From Cycas panzhihuaensis (lineage: Eukaryota > Plantae > Cycadophyta): 64,000 nucleotides of DNA. Both the position numbers and the translations under genes were made by a program. The notes beneath the pieces are model-generated. The model searched no databases. It saw nothing but the letters and a program-made list of their open reading frames with translations, and was not told the DNA's origin. Each line of letters opens with the position of its first letter. Position 1 is the first letter of the stretch. The stretch is from positions 148,497,741 to 148,561,740 of the forward strand of contig CM041465.1 in the NCBI GenBank assembly GCA_023213395.1, read 5' to 3'. Shown piece by piece: positions 1-13,300 of the stretch.

Positions 1-128
1 CGTTGGCTTACATTCCTCCATTATGAACTTCTGAAGGATCTCCCTTGTATATTTAGACTGTGAAAGGAAGGTATGGCCTGGCTGTTACCAGACTTCTATG
101 CCAAGAATGTAATGAAGCAACTCGAGGT

Positions 129-511
129 TGTTAGAATATAATGTTTAATGTGTGTGTGTGGTTAAGTAAACGTGGGTCCTAGGATTGTTAGTCATAGTCC
201 TAAGTCTTAGGGTCAAAGGGTCATTATAATACTATGTAAAGGATAGAAGCTTATTGGTCAAGTTAGTGGTGTAATGCTATTGGTCAGGACAAAGGTATTT
301 GTCCCACATGCATTACTTGTGTTGTATAGTCTCCCACCTCTCTTGTATATAAAGGTGGTTGAGGTAGTGTATAGACAATGCATCATCAAGGTTCATGTTG
401 AGTCTTTGGTGTTTTTGATATGTGAAAGCATTTTGATTATATTCTGTTGATCTCTGTTCATTGTTATTGACATTGTGGTTGATGAATGTTCTCCATGTTA
501 AAATCTTAACA
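129..511 (+). repeat. 5' LTR of A
   Basis: Direct repeat of 4459-4841; about 6 mismatches in 383 bp by eye; TATA-like TATATAAAG near 346. Confidence 0.96.
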
Positions 512-3005
512 TGGTATCAGAGCAAGTTGCTTGCTAAGTCATTTGTGTGCAGATAAGGAAGGAAGGAGACTCCATTAGGGCGATTGACAAATTTAAGAGG
601 TTGCATATTGAGTTGTGGTGCTGAAGGGAGATTTGTAGGCCTGCTGCTAGGTTGAGGATTCAGATTGGGAAGGTGAAGTCCCAAGGTGATTAATGCTACA
701 GGACGGAATTTTTGCCAGGTAACTCTACTCATGTAAACGTGTGTGTAAAGAAATCATGTATTAGGGTTTGTTGGAAGTAATTTATGATAACTGTCATAAG
801 CTAAAGAAACTGAGTGATGGAAATTAAAATAAGTTGTCTAAGTGGTTGATGTTTGGAGGCTGTTCGTTGAAACTGTGTTATGACTATTGCGTGTGAATCA
901 TAACATGCCAATAGAAGTTTGGTTGCCAGTACTTATTAGCTGCCAACATTGATTCGAAGTTCAAGCAATCTGTTTAAGCTGTTCATTTGGATCCATTGCC
1001 AAAACCCTAGTTTCTCCTGCATCTGTGCGTCCGTGGTGATGCCCTGGACTATCCACTGCAATAACGCTATTTGTCCTCCTGCTCCTATTGCTGTTTTATT
1101 ATTTTGTGTGGCCCTTATCGGTGGAGAAATAGTGACAAGGGAAGGGTTGGCTGTGATCCTCCTTCAATTCCCTATCCAACTGGCAAACACGACTGCCTCT
1201 AGACTCCTGGCAGACTATAGGAACTGGAATCATAACCTGTCTTCATGCTTCTCACAGCTCAGCTAGTACAACTCAGCAGAAAGATTTTGTTGAGGTGGTT
1301 CCACAAAATTGTGTGCCAAATTGTGAGGTGAAAGGTGTATCCCGAGTCCGTTGCTGTTGCAAAGTGTGCCCGTTCGTGATCGTGATTGAGGGAAACCATA
1401 ATTCTACTGGGATGAACGAACAAGGAGATAACCGTTTCTGTTGAAGACATAAAGACAACACCTGGGTGATGCATACCTAGGAGGGGATTTGATTACTGGT
1501 ATTGCCTATCAATAATAGTTATTCATTTCTGCGAGGAGGCCACTCAAAGGAGAAAATCTGTGTGGAAGATATATGGCCATATAAAAACTTGCAGAAAGCC
1601 ACTGCAGTCCGTGGGTTTTTCGGCTCAGAGTAAATGACTGTGCGTTGAGGAGAGAATCACTGGTCCGTGGAATGGAAGTGCCCATCCAAGAATACCGTAG
1701 AATGAGATGTGGCCACAAACGGTGGATAATGCACATTGCGAAGGAGATGGTCCTGTCCACGCATGACAGAAAAGAGATACCCATCAATGCCCAATAGCTG
1801 TGGAAGTAAGAGAAGGAGAAGCATCCATAAACAGAGAGCCGCTACTGCATACATAGCTGCTTATAGTGGACGAAACACCTAGATGTCCATCTGTGGGTTT
1901 ACAACTGGAAGAAGAGATTAAATGGCTGTCCGTTGAAATCTGCACTTGAATGAATGTGGTTGGAAAATCCACATGTCGTATGCGATTACGCTCAGCCTTG
2001 GAAGATAGCTCGATGGTAAAGAGGATGGTCACTTGCGCAATGAAATCCATTATTTCTGTAGCAGAGAATAACATGAAACAATTGAGGAGGAGCCTAAATG
2101 AGGCTAGCTGATGAATGCAGAAGATTTGACAACATTTTCAATCGATTTTGGAATCGATGTTTCACCCTGATTTGTGCGCAGAGGCAGTTTCCTTACACTT
2201 AAAAAGGGAATATTATAAAGGTTACTTTAACCAGATTAGATGTTGCTTTGAAATCTGTGAAGACTCTCAACAGTGGTAGGTGGTCATGTGAAATGTATGA
2301 TGTGACCAGGAGTTCAAGAAAAAGGGGATAAACTTCGAAACGGGGTGTCATTAGCAAGAGACTTCGTCCATCGTCCAACCCTCAACACACTGGGTTCGGG
2401 CTGCATTGAAGCTAGAAGTTTTGAAGTGATGCGACATGTATGTTAAGAAAGAATGAATGCTGTTATTGTTAGCGATGGTATAGGGTACCAGGGTGACAAC
2501 AAGGTATCTCCGCTTCGTTGTTGCCAGTGCTATTTCCTGCAATCTCTGTAGGGTACATCGATGCGTATGTACCACTAGTTTTAACATCACATATGTATTA
2601 CGCGGTGCTACAATCAATGTAGCCAACAGTGTGAGACTATAATCTCATGCTCTCTGTCGATAATGTCCTTTCCTTCTCTGTAATTTGAATGGTATGTAGG
2701 ACTGTCATCGTCTGTATTGTCTGTCGGCAATAGGATTGTCAGTTCTGTAATCAATTTGTTCACAGGTGGCAATAACAAGACAGAAGTGTCTTGATCTTTG
2801 AGGTAAAATAGTGAGAATTGCTCTCAGATATCTATTTTTCAAAATAGTTAGTAGCATTGGGATCACTGAGTATTTGTTGTTGATCTACTTCTATTCTGGA
2901 CAAAATAATTACTCTTAAGTCAGTCCCTTCTTTATGGAGTTAAGTGACATTATCACTTTTGTGCCTGAAAGAAATGAATACTGACTATCAGATCTCCTCT
3001 TCCCT

Positions 3006-3302
3006 TTGCCCAAATATATTGGAACTAATTTTCGTTTTTGGAAAATTAAGATGGAGAGCCTATTTGTATGGAAAAAACTTTGGAAAACAGTCATAGGTAC
3101 TGAAATAGTTCACGAAGAAGGGGAGGAAAATTTCAAAAGGAAAAACAGAATTGTTATTGATGTGATACTTGCAGCCCTTGATAAGGATAACCTCCCTTCT
3201 TCCTATCACTTCATTATCCAGGTTCTGGAGAATATCGGTTCAGCTGAGGATGCTTGGAAACTACTGACAGAAGTGGATGAAAAAGGTCCTGAAGAAGTGT
3301 AG
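3006..3302 (+). pseudogene. gag: Truncated copia Gag N-terminus in A
   Basis: GTNFRFWKIKMESLFVWKKLWKTVIG...SAEDAWKLL fits the copia Gag N-terminal pattern (NY..W...M...L....LW..V). Confidence 0.7.
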
Positions 3303-4458
3303 CAAAGAATCAAAAGGGCAAAGAATCAAAGGAAGAAGTTGAAGAGAAAAGAAAAAAGGGAAAAACAACGTGACAAAGCCATGACTCCATCAAATAACTT
3401 AAGTCTCATCAAGGAACCAGCTTTGGAGGCTGAAGATTCCAGGCATCAATCCTTACCGGTAACAGTTCATGGAGACACAAGGTGTCTAACAAAAGGTATG
3501 GATAATATTAACCTAGTCTGTGTTGACAGGTTGGTAGGAAGAATTCAAATGATGACAGGCCATACATTGGTTTGCATGTATTGGAAACTATCCATGATCT
3601 CCTTTAACTCAGTTACATCCTCCATTTTCATCTTTGAAAGAATGAAAATTGTAACAACATATCCTGCAGCAGCACTAGAAAGTTGTCTCCAAGAAAGAAG
3701 AAATGTAAGGAGGATACCATATGATCAAAATCTTGTTTGTCAGAATCCTATTACCTTTTGGGTAGGTTACTTGATCATAAAAGTCAATCATATTGAAATA
3801 ATGTTCCATGTATGCATATAAATAATCAGAAAGTATATGCATGTGAGTATCATGGAAATACTCATTATACTCAGTTCATGGAATCCTTTGAGTGATATGA
3901 AGAAAAAGGGGTATTTTGCACAACCTACAGGTAACAGTGATAAAGCAATTGGAGCTCGTTTCAATGAATTCATTGCTTTAGGGGAGGATAACGGTGTCTC
4001 ACTGATTGATAACTCATTGCTACATTTGAATAATGATGATACTGCTAACATATATTTTTTTGATCACTCACGTACTGAAGAAAGAGGAAGCAAACAATTG
4101 ATAGAAGACATACTTGATGAATGCCTTGAAGATATCCTTGATGAGTGCATGCAGGATCATGCTAAATTACCCATCCTTCACTACTTGTTCTGCATGGATG
4201 TGGAAGAAGCAAAACTCAAAGACTGTCAGTTCAAAGGACTACCTCAAAAACGACACTACAGGATTGAAGACCAAGATCAAGCCCAAGACATGGTGTTCAA
4301 GACCTTTCCAAGATCAAGACGATGGAGATTCAAAGAAGACAAAGTGCATTAAAGTCTGTTGATAGTCATGTCAGTCTTGTTATGTTGTCTTTAGTGTCTA
4401 TAGTCTCTAATTCAAGTCAAGTGTTAATGTATGTCAAACATTAAACATTAAGGGGAGG

Positions 4459-4841
4459 TGTTAGAATATAATGTTTAATGTGTGTGTGTGGTTAAGTAAA
4501 AGTGGGTCCTAGGATTGTTAGTCATAGTCCTAAGTCTTAGGGTCAAAGGGTCATTATAATACTATGTAAAGGATAGAAGCTTATTGGTCAAGTTAGTGGT
4601 GTAATGCTATTGGTCAGGACAAAGATATTTGTCCCACATGCATTACTTGTGTTGTATAGTCTCCCACCTCTCTTGTATATAAAGGTGGTTGAGGTAGTGT
4701 ATAGACAACACATCATCAAGGCTCATGTTGAGTCTTTGGTGTTTTTGATATGTGAAAGCATTTTGATTATATTCTGTTGATCTCTGTTCATTGTTATTGA
4801 TATTGTGGTTGATGAATGTTCTCCATGTTAAAATCTTAACA
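4459..4841 (+). repeat. 3' LTR of A
   Basis: Follows the PPT; followed by TSD GAGGT. Confidence 0.96.
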
Positions 4842-7262
4842 GAGGTTAGTCATCTCAAAGCTACTATTCAATTCTCCTTAGAGGTATGAAATCCACTTTG
4901 TGTCATTACTTGTTATCAATAAATCATCAACATAAAGTACGACTAGAGTGATCAAATTATTTTGGATTCTAATATGCAAATTTGAATCTGAGGAAGAGCG
5001 TATAAGTCCATGCTTCTAAAAGTACTCATCTATTTTTGCATATCGAGCACAAGGTGATCGTTGAAAACTATAGAGAGTTTTTTTTAGCTTGCAAACTAGA
5101 TGTTATTTTCTATGAACAACATAGCCGAGAGGTTGATTCAAATATACTTTCTCCTGTACGTTGCCGTTCAAGAAGGTGCTTTTCACATCCATTTGAAGAA
5201 CAAGCCAATTAAATGAGTTACTAAAGCCAAGACAAGCCTTACAGTGGTCATGTTGGTCACATGGGCAAATATGTCCTCATAATCAATGTCCTCAACCTGT
5301 TTGAAACCTTTGGCAATCAAACATGCTTTGTGACATTGAATGGAGCCATTTGAATGAAATTTTGTTTTGTAAATCCATCTGCAATCAATAGGTTTCTTAC
5401 CTTCAAGCAATTCAACTAGCTTCCATGTATCATTTTGTAAAATGGAATCCATCTTCTCATTCATTGTTGTTTGCCACTTTTGATCTGCAACAACTTCTTC
5501 AAAAGTGGTAGGTTTTGGAGTTGATAAAACTTCTTCCATTAAGGTGAAGTTGATGTATGAACTGTATTTAGATTGCTTTTTAGTGTACTGTGGTGGTGAT
5601 GGAGTTGAAGAGATCGTCTGCAAATACCATTTAGGGAGTTGCTTTGAAGTGACCTCTTCTTGAACATCTTTTATAGGATTTGTTGATGTAGATGTTGAAG
5701 TAGTGGTAGAAGGTCTAGGTGAAGTACTAGGTACATATGATGTTTATGGAGGCAATTGATCTGCAAGAACATATTGAGTAGTAGGAGGAGGAGGAGCTTC
5801 CATAGATTGTTCAAAGAATGAAAGCTGGGTCATATCCAAATCTTGGGTCTCTTCTAAAAAAATAACATCGTGAGATGTGTACATTTGCTTAGTGGCAAGA
5901 TCAAAAAGTTTATATGCTTTGTAGTCAGGTTGGTAACCAATGAAAATACATTACCTGCTTTATCATCTAACTTCTTTCTTTGTTCTTTTGGTATAAGCAT
6001 ATACATTGTACGATTGAAGGTACGCAAATGTGAGATTGTGGGTTTTTGACCTGACCAAGTCTCCTTGGGAGTAATATTCAAAATGACCTTGGTTGAACTT
6101 TGATTTGTAAGGTAAGCAACTATATTAAGGGCTTCAACCCAAAATTGAAGTCCCAAATTTTTAGCAGCAAGCATGGCTTTGCTTTTACTAACCAAGGTCA
6201 AATTCATTCGCTTAGCAACTCCATTTTGCTGAGGTGTGACAGGGGCAGAAAACTACCGTTTAATGCCATTATCCTTGCAAAGTTGAGTGAACTCTCTAGA
6301 AGTGTATTCACCTCCGTTATCACAACGAAGGATTTTAATTGGCTTTCTAGATTCCAATTTAATACCATGCTTAAACTCTTTGAATTTTTCAAATGCTTTC
6401 AATTTATGCTTTAGAAAATAAACCCAAACTTTTTGGGAATAATCATCAATAAATGTGATAAAATATTGACAATCATTGAAGGTTGCTTGCAACATGGGTC
6501 TACACATAAATCCAAGTCCAAAGGTTCCTTAGCATGATAGGCTCTTCCATTTGTTTTGAATGGAGCCCGATGATGTTTACCCGTAATACAAGCCTCACAA
6601 ATACATTTGGTTTGCTTGATATTTGGTATTCCATGCACCATATTTAGTCTGTAAAGCAGATGAAAGTTGTTCTTATGCAAATATTGATGAACAAATTATT
6701 CAAAAGCACTTGTTTCTTTTGGGAGTCTTTAAGAAACAAGTGCTTTTGGAGCAATTTGTTCATTGGTATTTGAAGTCGAAGCTGAAATATTTGAAGTGGA
6801 AGTTGAGTTACTACAAGATCCAATTTCAATTGGCAGGAACAAAGGTCTAGAAACTACATCAAGCTTATATAGACTTGGGTCTTCATATCCTAAGGCAATC
6901 AAATTGCCATTTAGATCTGTAATCAAGCGTTTTTCAAGGTGATTGAACAAAACATTAAAATTTTGCTTATTTATTTCGCTAACTGATAACAGATTTTATG
7001 TCATGCGAGGGACATAAAAGACATTATTGAGATGATGTTTGATAATGAAATTCTTTAGAGATATAGGTGCTTTGCCGATCTTGACAACTTCAAAAATGGC
7101 ATCATCACCAAATGTAACTGATTGATCCCACATTGGCCTTGTGTTGGCAAGTAAGTCTTCAGAACCTATCATATGACGAGAGGCTCCAAAATCTATCAAC
7201 CGGGATTCATCAGAATGTTGAGCTGTCAATGTAGCAAAGAAAAGATTTTGTGAATTGGCCAT
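4842..7262 (-). pseudogene. pol: Degenerate copia pol of B (protease, integrase, RT N-terminal half)
   Basis: PR LIDFGASRHM; IN CEACITGKHH, FIDDYSQKVWVYFL, RCDNGGEY; RT NDTWKLVEL..CRWIYKTK. Many frameshifts and stops. Confidence 0.9.
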
Positions 7263-8249
7263 ATAGGCACCTTGATTCTGATTTCATCTCTAATTGTGAT
7301 TTCTATTTTGTTGATTACTCTGAGGGGCATTTTGATTTTGTCTCCTTGGTCCTTGGTTATTTCTTGGTCCACAATTCTGGTTGCCTTGTAGAGCAGGGCC
7401 GTTCTGGTTTTGTTGTTGTTGAAGATCAACTCTCCTTTTCCTATAATCAAGTGCAATATGTCTAGGTTTGCCACAATAGTTACAAACAACCTTAGTAGAG
7501 TTTTATGGTTGCTACTAGTATTGTTGATAGGGATGCTGGTTTAAATTCATTGAACTGAGCTGATGAGAAAGGTGTGGACATTGTTGTCTCTCTCTATGAC
7601 GGGTTGCAAAGGCTGTAGTTGAAGAGGAGGCACCTGAATCTCCCAATCTGTTTAGGATGCATTCCTCTTGGAGTAGAAGACCTTCAAAGGTGTTAAAATC
7701 AAGTGTGGCAAGACGGTCTGTATGAGACAGGTTGGAGATGAGAGGATTATACTCAATTGGCAAAGCATTGACTATATAGGATATAAGATCATTGTCATTT
7801 GGTGGTTGACCCATAACAGTCAACTGGTTCTTAATCGATTTGATCTGTGTCAAATGAACTGAAATTGATCTGGCAAATGGAATGGAATAGAGCTGAGCTT
7901 TAAGCATGATAGCTCTTGCATTGTCTTTCCTCTCATACAGTGCACTTATTATGTTCCAAGTTTCTGTAAAAGTGATGGCTAGTTCAATATTCTAGTCAAC
8001 ATTATCTTCACAAGACAAGTGTAGAAAAGAAAGGGAAACTTCATCGGATTCTTTAAAGGAAGCTACAACAATAGGATTAGTAGGAATAACAACATCAGGA
8101 TCATTGGGATCTCATGTGTCTTTTGGCATGGGAATTTGACCATAAACATAAGCTTATAATTTGTTTATTATTAGAATATTCTTGACTTATTTCTTCCAAG
8201 TTAAGAAATTATCACCATCGGATAATTTAATTGTATTAGTTGAAACCAT
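7250..8249 (-). pseudogene. gag: Gag of B (internal ATG at 8249; stops in the N-terminal part)
   Basis: MVSTNTIKLSDGDNFLTWKK..; UBN2-like LKAQLYSI..NALPIEYNPLI; CCHC knuckle remnant near 7440-7485. Confidence 0.85.
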
Positions 8250-8891
8250 TTGAAGTGCTATTTTGACTTAGGTATATGTCCTATCTACCTAGAAAGGTTT
8301 GCTAATCTAGAATCTATAGTCTTTGAATGGCCCCTGGTGGTTGAGGTGGTTCTGCCTGATGGGATATTTGCTCACAAGTGGCACCTTGGGGATCCAATAC
8401 ACCTGAAGGTATGTGGGCGCTATAGAAGGCTCGACTGCTCATTGACCCACTTGCATTGGATTTATGGCCTAAACAACAGATCTTTGTCTAAGGGAACACT
8501 TACAATTGAGGCACTCACCCTCTCCGGGTCTTGCCTAGTCTAAACTCCAAGGTTTAAGTATAACACCTCAGCTTGCCACTCAATACACCCGATAGTTATT
8601 GCCTTTCTCTATTGTCTATAGAGTTCGACAAAGCACAATAATGTGTGCGGTAGTGGTAATTTCAGAGGTCCTAACCATTCCACTTGCAAGGCTGGCAATT
8701 AGGGTGGTTCAATTAGGTGTTATTTTATTTAATCTTTCAAGTTTATAAATTTTTTAAGGTTTTGTGATTAAAAGTTTAGTGTTTTTAAATAGAAATAAAT
8801 CATAAAACTAGAAAAACCCTTGAACATCTAAAAAATTACCTAAAACAGACTTACAATGATTAAGAACAAGCTATAAAATGACTTGTCTCAC

Positions 8892-9039
8892 CTTCAGTTT
8901 CAGGTTTTGATTCCTCTCCAAGTGTTATTTGCCAGGCATTTTTGGCTCTAAGCAGTGTTTCAATCTTGATTTTCCAAACATTATAATTTATTTCTGTTAA
9001 TTTGTCTTGCTTAGTAAGGGCTAGAATAGATGTTGCCAT
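8892..9039 (-). CDS. Upstream second Gag N-terminal segment of B (putative exon 1; 49 codons + 1 nt)
   Basis: MATSILALTKQDKLTEINYNVWKIKIETLLRAKNAWQITLGEESKPETE, stop-free, ending at the consensus donor AAG|GTGAGA. Confidence 0.6.
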
Positions 9040-9707
9040 GATTAGACAGAGAAATAGGGTGATGCAGACCTTGGCCGTACGACTGTACGAACTTCTGTAC
9101 AAAAATGCAGGTGTGTGGATTTGACAAAAAAAAAACCCCCAAATTCTAGATCTCGTTGAGACAAGTCCGAATATGGAACTAGTTTGCCAATATAGCTTTT
9201 GATTTGGCAGGAAAAAGGCTCGAAAATAGAAAACCGATAGCTAGGGTTTTGATGAAATTCATTTAGAATTTACAAAATCCGCAATGAAACCCTTCGAATT
9301 TGGTATCAAAAGATTCGTGCTAAAAAACGAATAGATTTGGATAGGTTTTACTTGAAATGATGCCTTGATTTGGTCAAAATTTTTGATCGACCCTCCAAAT
9401 CCGCGTGATTGTATTTTTGGGAAAAAGTGCCTGTAATTTGCTTCAAATGACTTTGATCCTATTGAGAAAAGTGTTCGCCACGTTGAGATCTACTTGCTAG
9501 CCGAATTTCAAAGAATTCTGAGTACTCTCAATTTTTTGAGTCCATACGACCGTACAATTCCGTACACAGGCTTTAATTGTCTTTCGTTTCGTTGAGCAAA
9601 CTCCTTTTGTCAAATATCTTCTTTAATAATGCTTAACAATTAATGTCTAACTCAAAGACTTTGTCTTCGTTCAACAAAGAATCTCTCTCAGTCAGGTACA
9701 CTGCCTT

Positions 9708-9719
9708 GCTCTGATACCA
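9708..9719 (-). promoter_or_regulatory. PBS (initiator tRNA-Met) of B
   Basis: GCTCTGATACCA on + (TGGTATCAGAGC on -) directly adjacent to the LTR. Confidence 0.95.
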
Positions 9720-9908
9720 TGTTAAAATTCAGACACAAATTTAAGAATAATTGAATGCTTTATTATGAAAGAGATACTCCATATATACATTTGAGAAAAT
9801 GTAACCACCGGATATTTGATCAACACGTGGGAGGTACTTAATTATGTTACATAAAGAGGGTTTTTCATGACCCTCATCTAATCCTAGATAAAACATTATA
9901 TTCTAACA
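9720..9908 (-). repeat. 5' LTR of B (189 bp)
   Basis: TGTTA..TAACA ends; C protease coding sequence begins immediately after it. Confidence 0.85.
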
Positions 9909-10309
9909 ATGAGGACTTGCTCTATGATGTCAAAGAAGGAAGAGGGCAAACATTTACATCTGGTAATAATGAGACCGTACAAATATCTGGGGTGGGCAAA
10001 ATTGTCTCATTCCATTCTCTAGATCACCCTGCTCCAACATTTCCCACAAGTGATGCTTATTTGGTGTCTTCAATGCATAAAAGTCTTCTATCTGTTAGTC
10101 AGTTGGATAAACAACATACGAGTATATTATTCAAAGGTGGGAAATGCACAATTAGTGACAAAAATGATCAAGTGGTTGCCATTGATCATGAAGACTGTGG
10201 CCTTTATAAATTAGATGCCTCAAACATAACACTTGATAATGCTCCAGTATATTCTGTCACTCAATCAATGACCAAAGAGCAACTTTGGGATAATAGGCTA
10301 GGCCACTTG

Positions 10310-13300
10310 TGTAGCATTCCTAAAATAATAAAAGGTAGTTGGTTTTATAAGGGGAATTTATTATGGTGAAGTCGATTTTTAGAAGAATTAAAAGAAAAAT
10401 TATTTATTTTATTTTATTATGAAATCCATTTTTTAGAGAGAAAAATAAGAGATTGTTTTTGAAGGCTATAAATAGAGTAGCCTCCCTCATTTGTAAGGTA
10501 TCTTGGAGAATTCTGTTATGTGGTATAATGGCCTCGTGCCATTAGGGCTTTGTGTCTGTTGGAAGGTCGCTATCTTGCCTTGAAGAGGGTTCATCAAATA
10601 CTGGACATTGTATCAGTTGCTATTGTTTTGTTAATATCATTCCCTGTTATTTATATATGCTATTGTTATCCCTATATGAATGATATATTTCTATACTAAA
10701 TGATGTTATAAGGGTTTACTGCAATGAATAGATGTTATCTGTTGTAGTTTGTTGGCATTGAGAAGTATCATCTGTGGTACATGGCTATAATTTTATCTGA
10801 TCTACTTTAATTGAATGAACCTACTATGGAATACTATGATATGCTTTGAATATTATCATTATTTGCTAGAATTAGTGCTTCTGTTTGCTATTTTATATGT
10901 TTGGCCCGCTACAATTGGTATCACAACCATAGGCTGGAAACAAATCCTTTGCCTAATGCTTGGTATGTGGGTGAATTATGAACAAGGGGAAGTCAAATTT
11001 TATTCAAATGAGGCGCAGGTCTGCTATGAATCCTTGGAACCCACTGTATTTAGGAGAAATCGATCCTGAGGAGCAGGTCCGTCGTTGAAGTTAGAGGTTA
11101 CCCTTATGCAAGATCTTCCCATGAGGTACATGGCTAAAATGTGCTTAGGAAAGAACACCATTGTTGTAAACAGCATTGTGCAGTTGGTGAGCTATTCTAT
11201 GGGAAGTTGTGGCTGTCATATGCACATATATCAATGTTTATACCCATCTCTACGTAGGAGGATATTGGTAACGAGGGAGAAGAATATTTGAATCGTGGCC
11301 ATATGAGGAAAACCTCGTTTATCAGGTGTAAAAAGGAGTACATCATTGGATGCGCCACAGAACGAAATTACCCTCAAATTACATGAGGTTGACGTTTTAA
11401 GTAAGCGCGACGAGTAGTGTAAGTATCTTGGGTGGTGAACAGCTTAAGTACCCTGGGTAATGAAAGGAGCTTGAACTCTCGACCTCAGGATCCCACTCGC
11501 GATTAATGTTAGGCTAAAACAAAGATCTGTTCATCAAGCAGAATATATCCGATGACGAAAAGCACTACAAAGCTTAGATCATAAGGAAACCAGAGGCAAG
11601 TGAATGATGAGATAGCGACGTTGCAGCAGAGCCATTCAAGGAAGAAGCAAGCAGTGCAAAAATAATATCGATGACATAGGTTGAAATTGCATAGAGATTA
11701 GCACTTTTACGAATCATGGGAAAACTAGAGAGCCGCACCACTATTTATTTTCTCTATAGTTTTCATAAATTTAATTTTAGCTCATTTTTGGGTGAGCTCC
11801 ACAAACTTAAGGTTACGATGGTTATCTTAATGTGACCTAGGGTTAAGTTCAAAAGGGACTTAATACTACATTCATTATTGTTATTTTTTTCAGCTTATTT
11901 TTACTTGGCCGTTTTCGTCCATAACTCTTGCTATAGGTGTCAGATTGTAGTGCTGTCTGAACCATTGGGTTCCTGATTCAGAGATGATCGTTATGAGTGG
12001 TCATATATGATAGGTTAGACCAACAGATGATACATATTTTAATCATTGAAGTTGCAGCATTTAGTTAAAAGAGAAAAAATGACAATTCATTTAGATAAAA
12101 ATTCTTTGGCAAAGTTAAAGCAACTGCAACAATACTTGCACTTAATGCGGGAGATTCGAGATGTTGAGCCATTCACACTTAGAGAAGGCATAATATCTAT
12201 ATATTGGCTTCTACATGTGGACATACCCTACAAAATTTCACTAGATACAAAATTCGAGGATTATGGATCGAGTATTCAATACTATTTGAAGGGTGAAACT
12301 CATCAATGGTATGAAAGTTGGTCTAAAGGAAGAGTCTTCAATGATTATGATTGGTTTAAGATAAAATTTAGCCTAGCATCTATGAAATGGGGTCACGAGG
12401 AAATGACCAGAAAATCAAAGTAGCCAGACAAAAGCGCAATAAAAGAAGGAGAATCAATCATTGATAGAGAGATCCATGAACCACTTGAGGAGCATCAAGA
12501 AGAATCAATACAGGAACTACAACACGACGATGTTGAAGTCCTAAAACAAAAAGAGGAAAAAATGGAGTATCTTGAAGAAAAGTTTGATATTAACAAAGCA
12601 CAGGTTGAAGTTGAGCACTATGACAAACAATCTAGGTTGAAGTAACATGAAGTCATTGACAAGCAGACAAGAAAAGACCAAATGGACAAGGAATAGATCG
12701 AGGAAGATCCTATACAAGAGGTAGAGGGAGTCAGACATCCAAGCGAGACCCACAAGGTACTCAACATGGTTCCTAATCCTAATTTGCACATGCATATTTC
12801 ATTTGGTAGTTTTACTTGTCCTATCTCTTTCCCAAGATCAATAGCAATAGAGAAAACCTTTTTTCCTCTGCCCATAGTTAGTCGTACTCCTAATCCCCTT
12901 AATTCTAACTTTTTCATAGGTCAAATTCCAATTCCCTTTTACAACCCCATTCTAATGTTGTTTTCTCACAATTTTTATTTTTCCTCATAAGGCTTTTCTA
13001 ACCCATCCATCCTCACTTCATCATGTTTCATCACTTAGTGTTGCCCCCTATAGAACCCCGCTTCATCCTTCCTAATCCTATCCATTTCCACAACACCAAT
13101 ATTATTTTTTTCCATCAAATCTTTCTTTTTGTTTGAATACCATTTCTAAACATACGCAATGTCTTTTTTTCCATAAAGAACGTCTATCACAAATCCCTCA
13201 TCCATCTTTCTTTCCCAAGAAGTGTTGTAGTCCAATAAAACCCACACATATTCTCATCTCCATTTAAGGTAGATTCCAAAATTTATTTCTTCTTCTTATG

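Larger units (their letters stand above)
129..4841 (+). mobile_element. Non-autonomous copia-type LTR element A (4.7 kb, no recognisable pol), inserted in RT of B
   Basis: Two 383-bp LTRs (TGTTAG..TTAACA), TSD GAGGT at 124-128 and 4842-4846, PBS TGGTATCAGAGC 512-523, PPT AAGGGGAGG 4450-4458. Confidence 0.96.
1..9908 (-). mobile_element. Ty1/copia LTR retrotransposon B (degenerate; 3' part runs off the window start; interrupted by A; inserted in C)
   Basis: 5' LTR 9720-9908 and Met PBS 9708-9719, then gag-PR-IN-RT order on the minus strand. RT reads across the A insertion (..SFEMTNL|ELLHYILGIEVW*QPGHTFLSQSKY..). Confidence 0.92.

Noticed and set aside
1657-1854. Signal-peptide-like ORF (MYAVAALCLWMLLLLLL..)
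   Set aside because: Short, antisense, inside TE cargo, with no recognisable domain; hydrophobic runs arise easily opposite AG-rich DNA.
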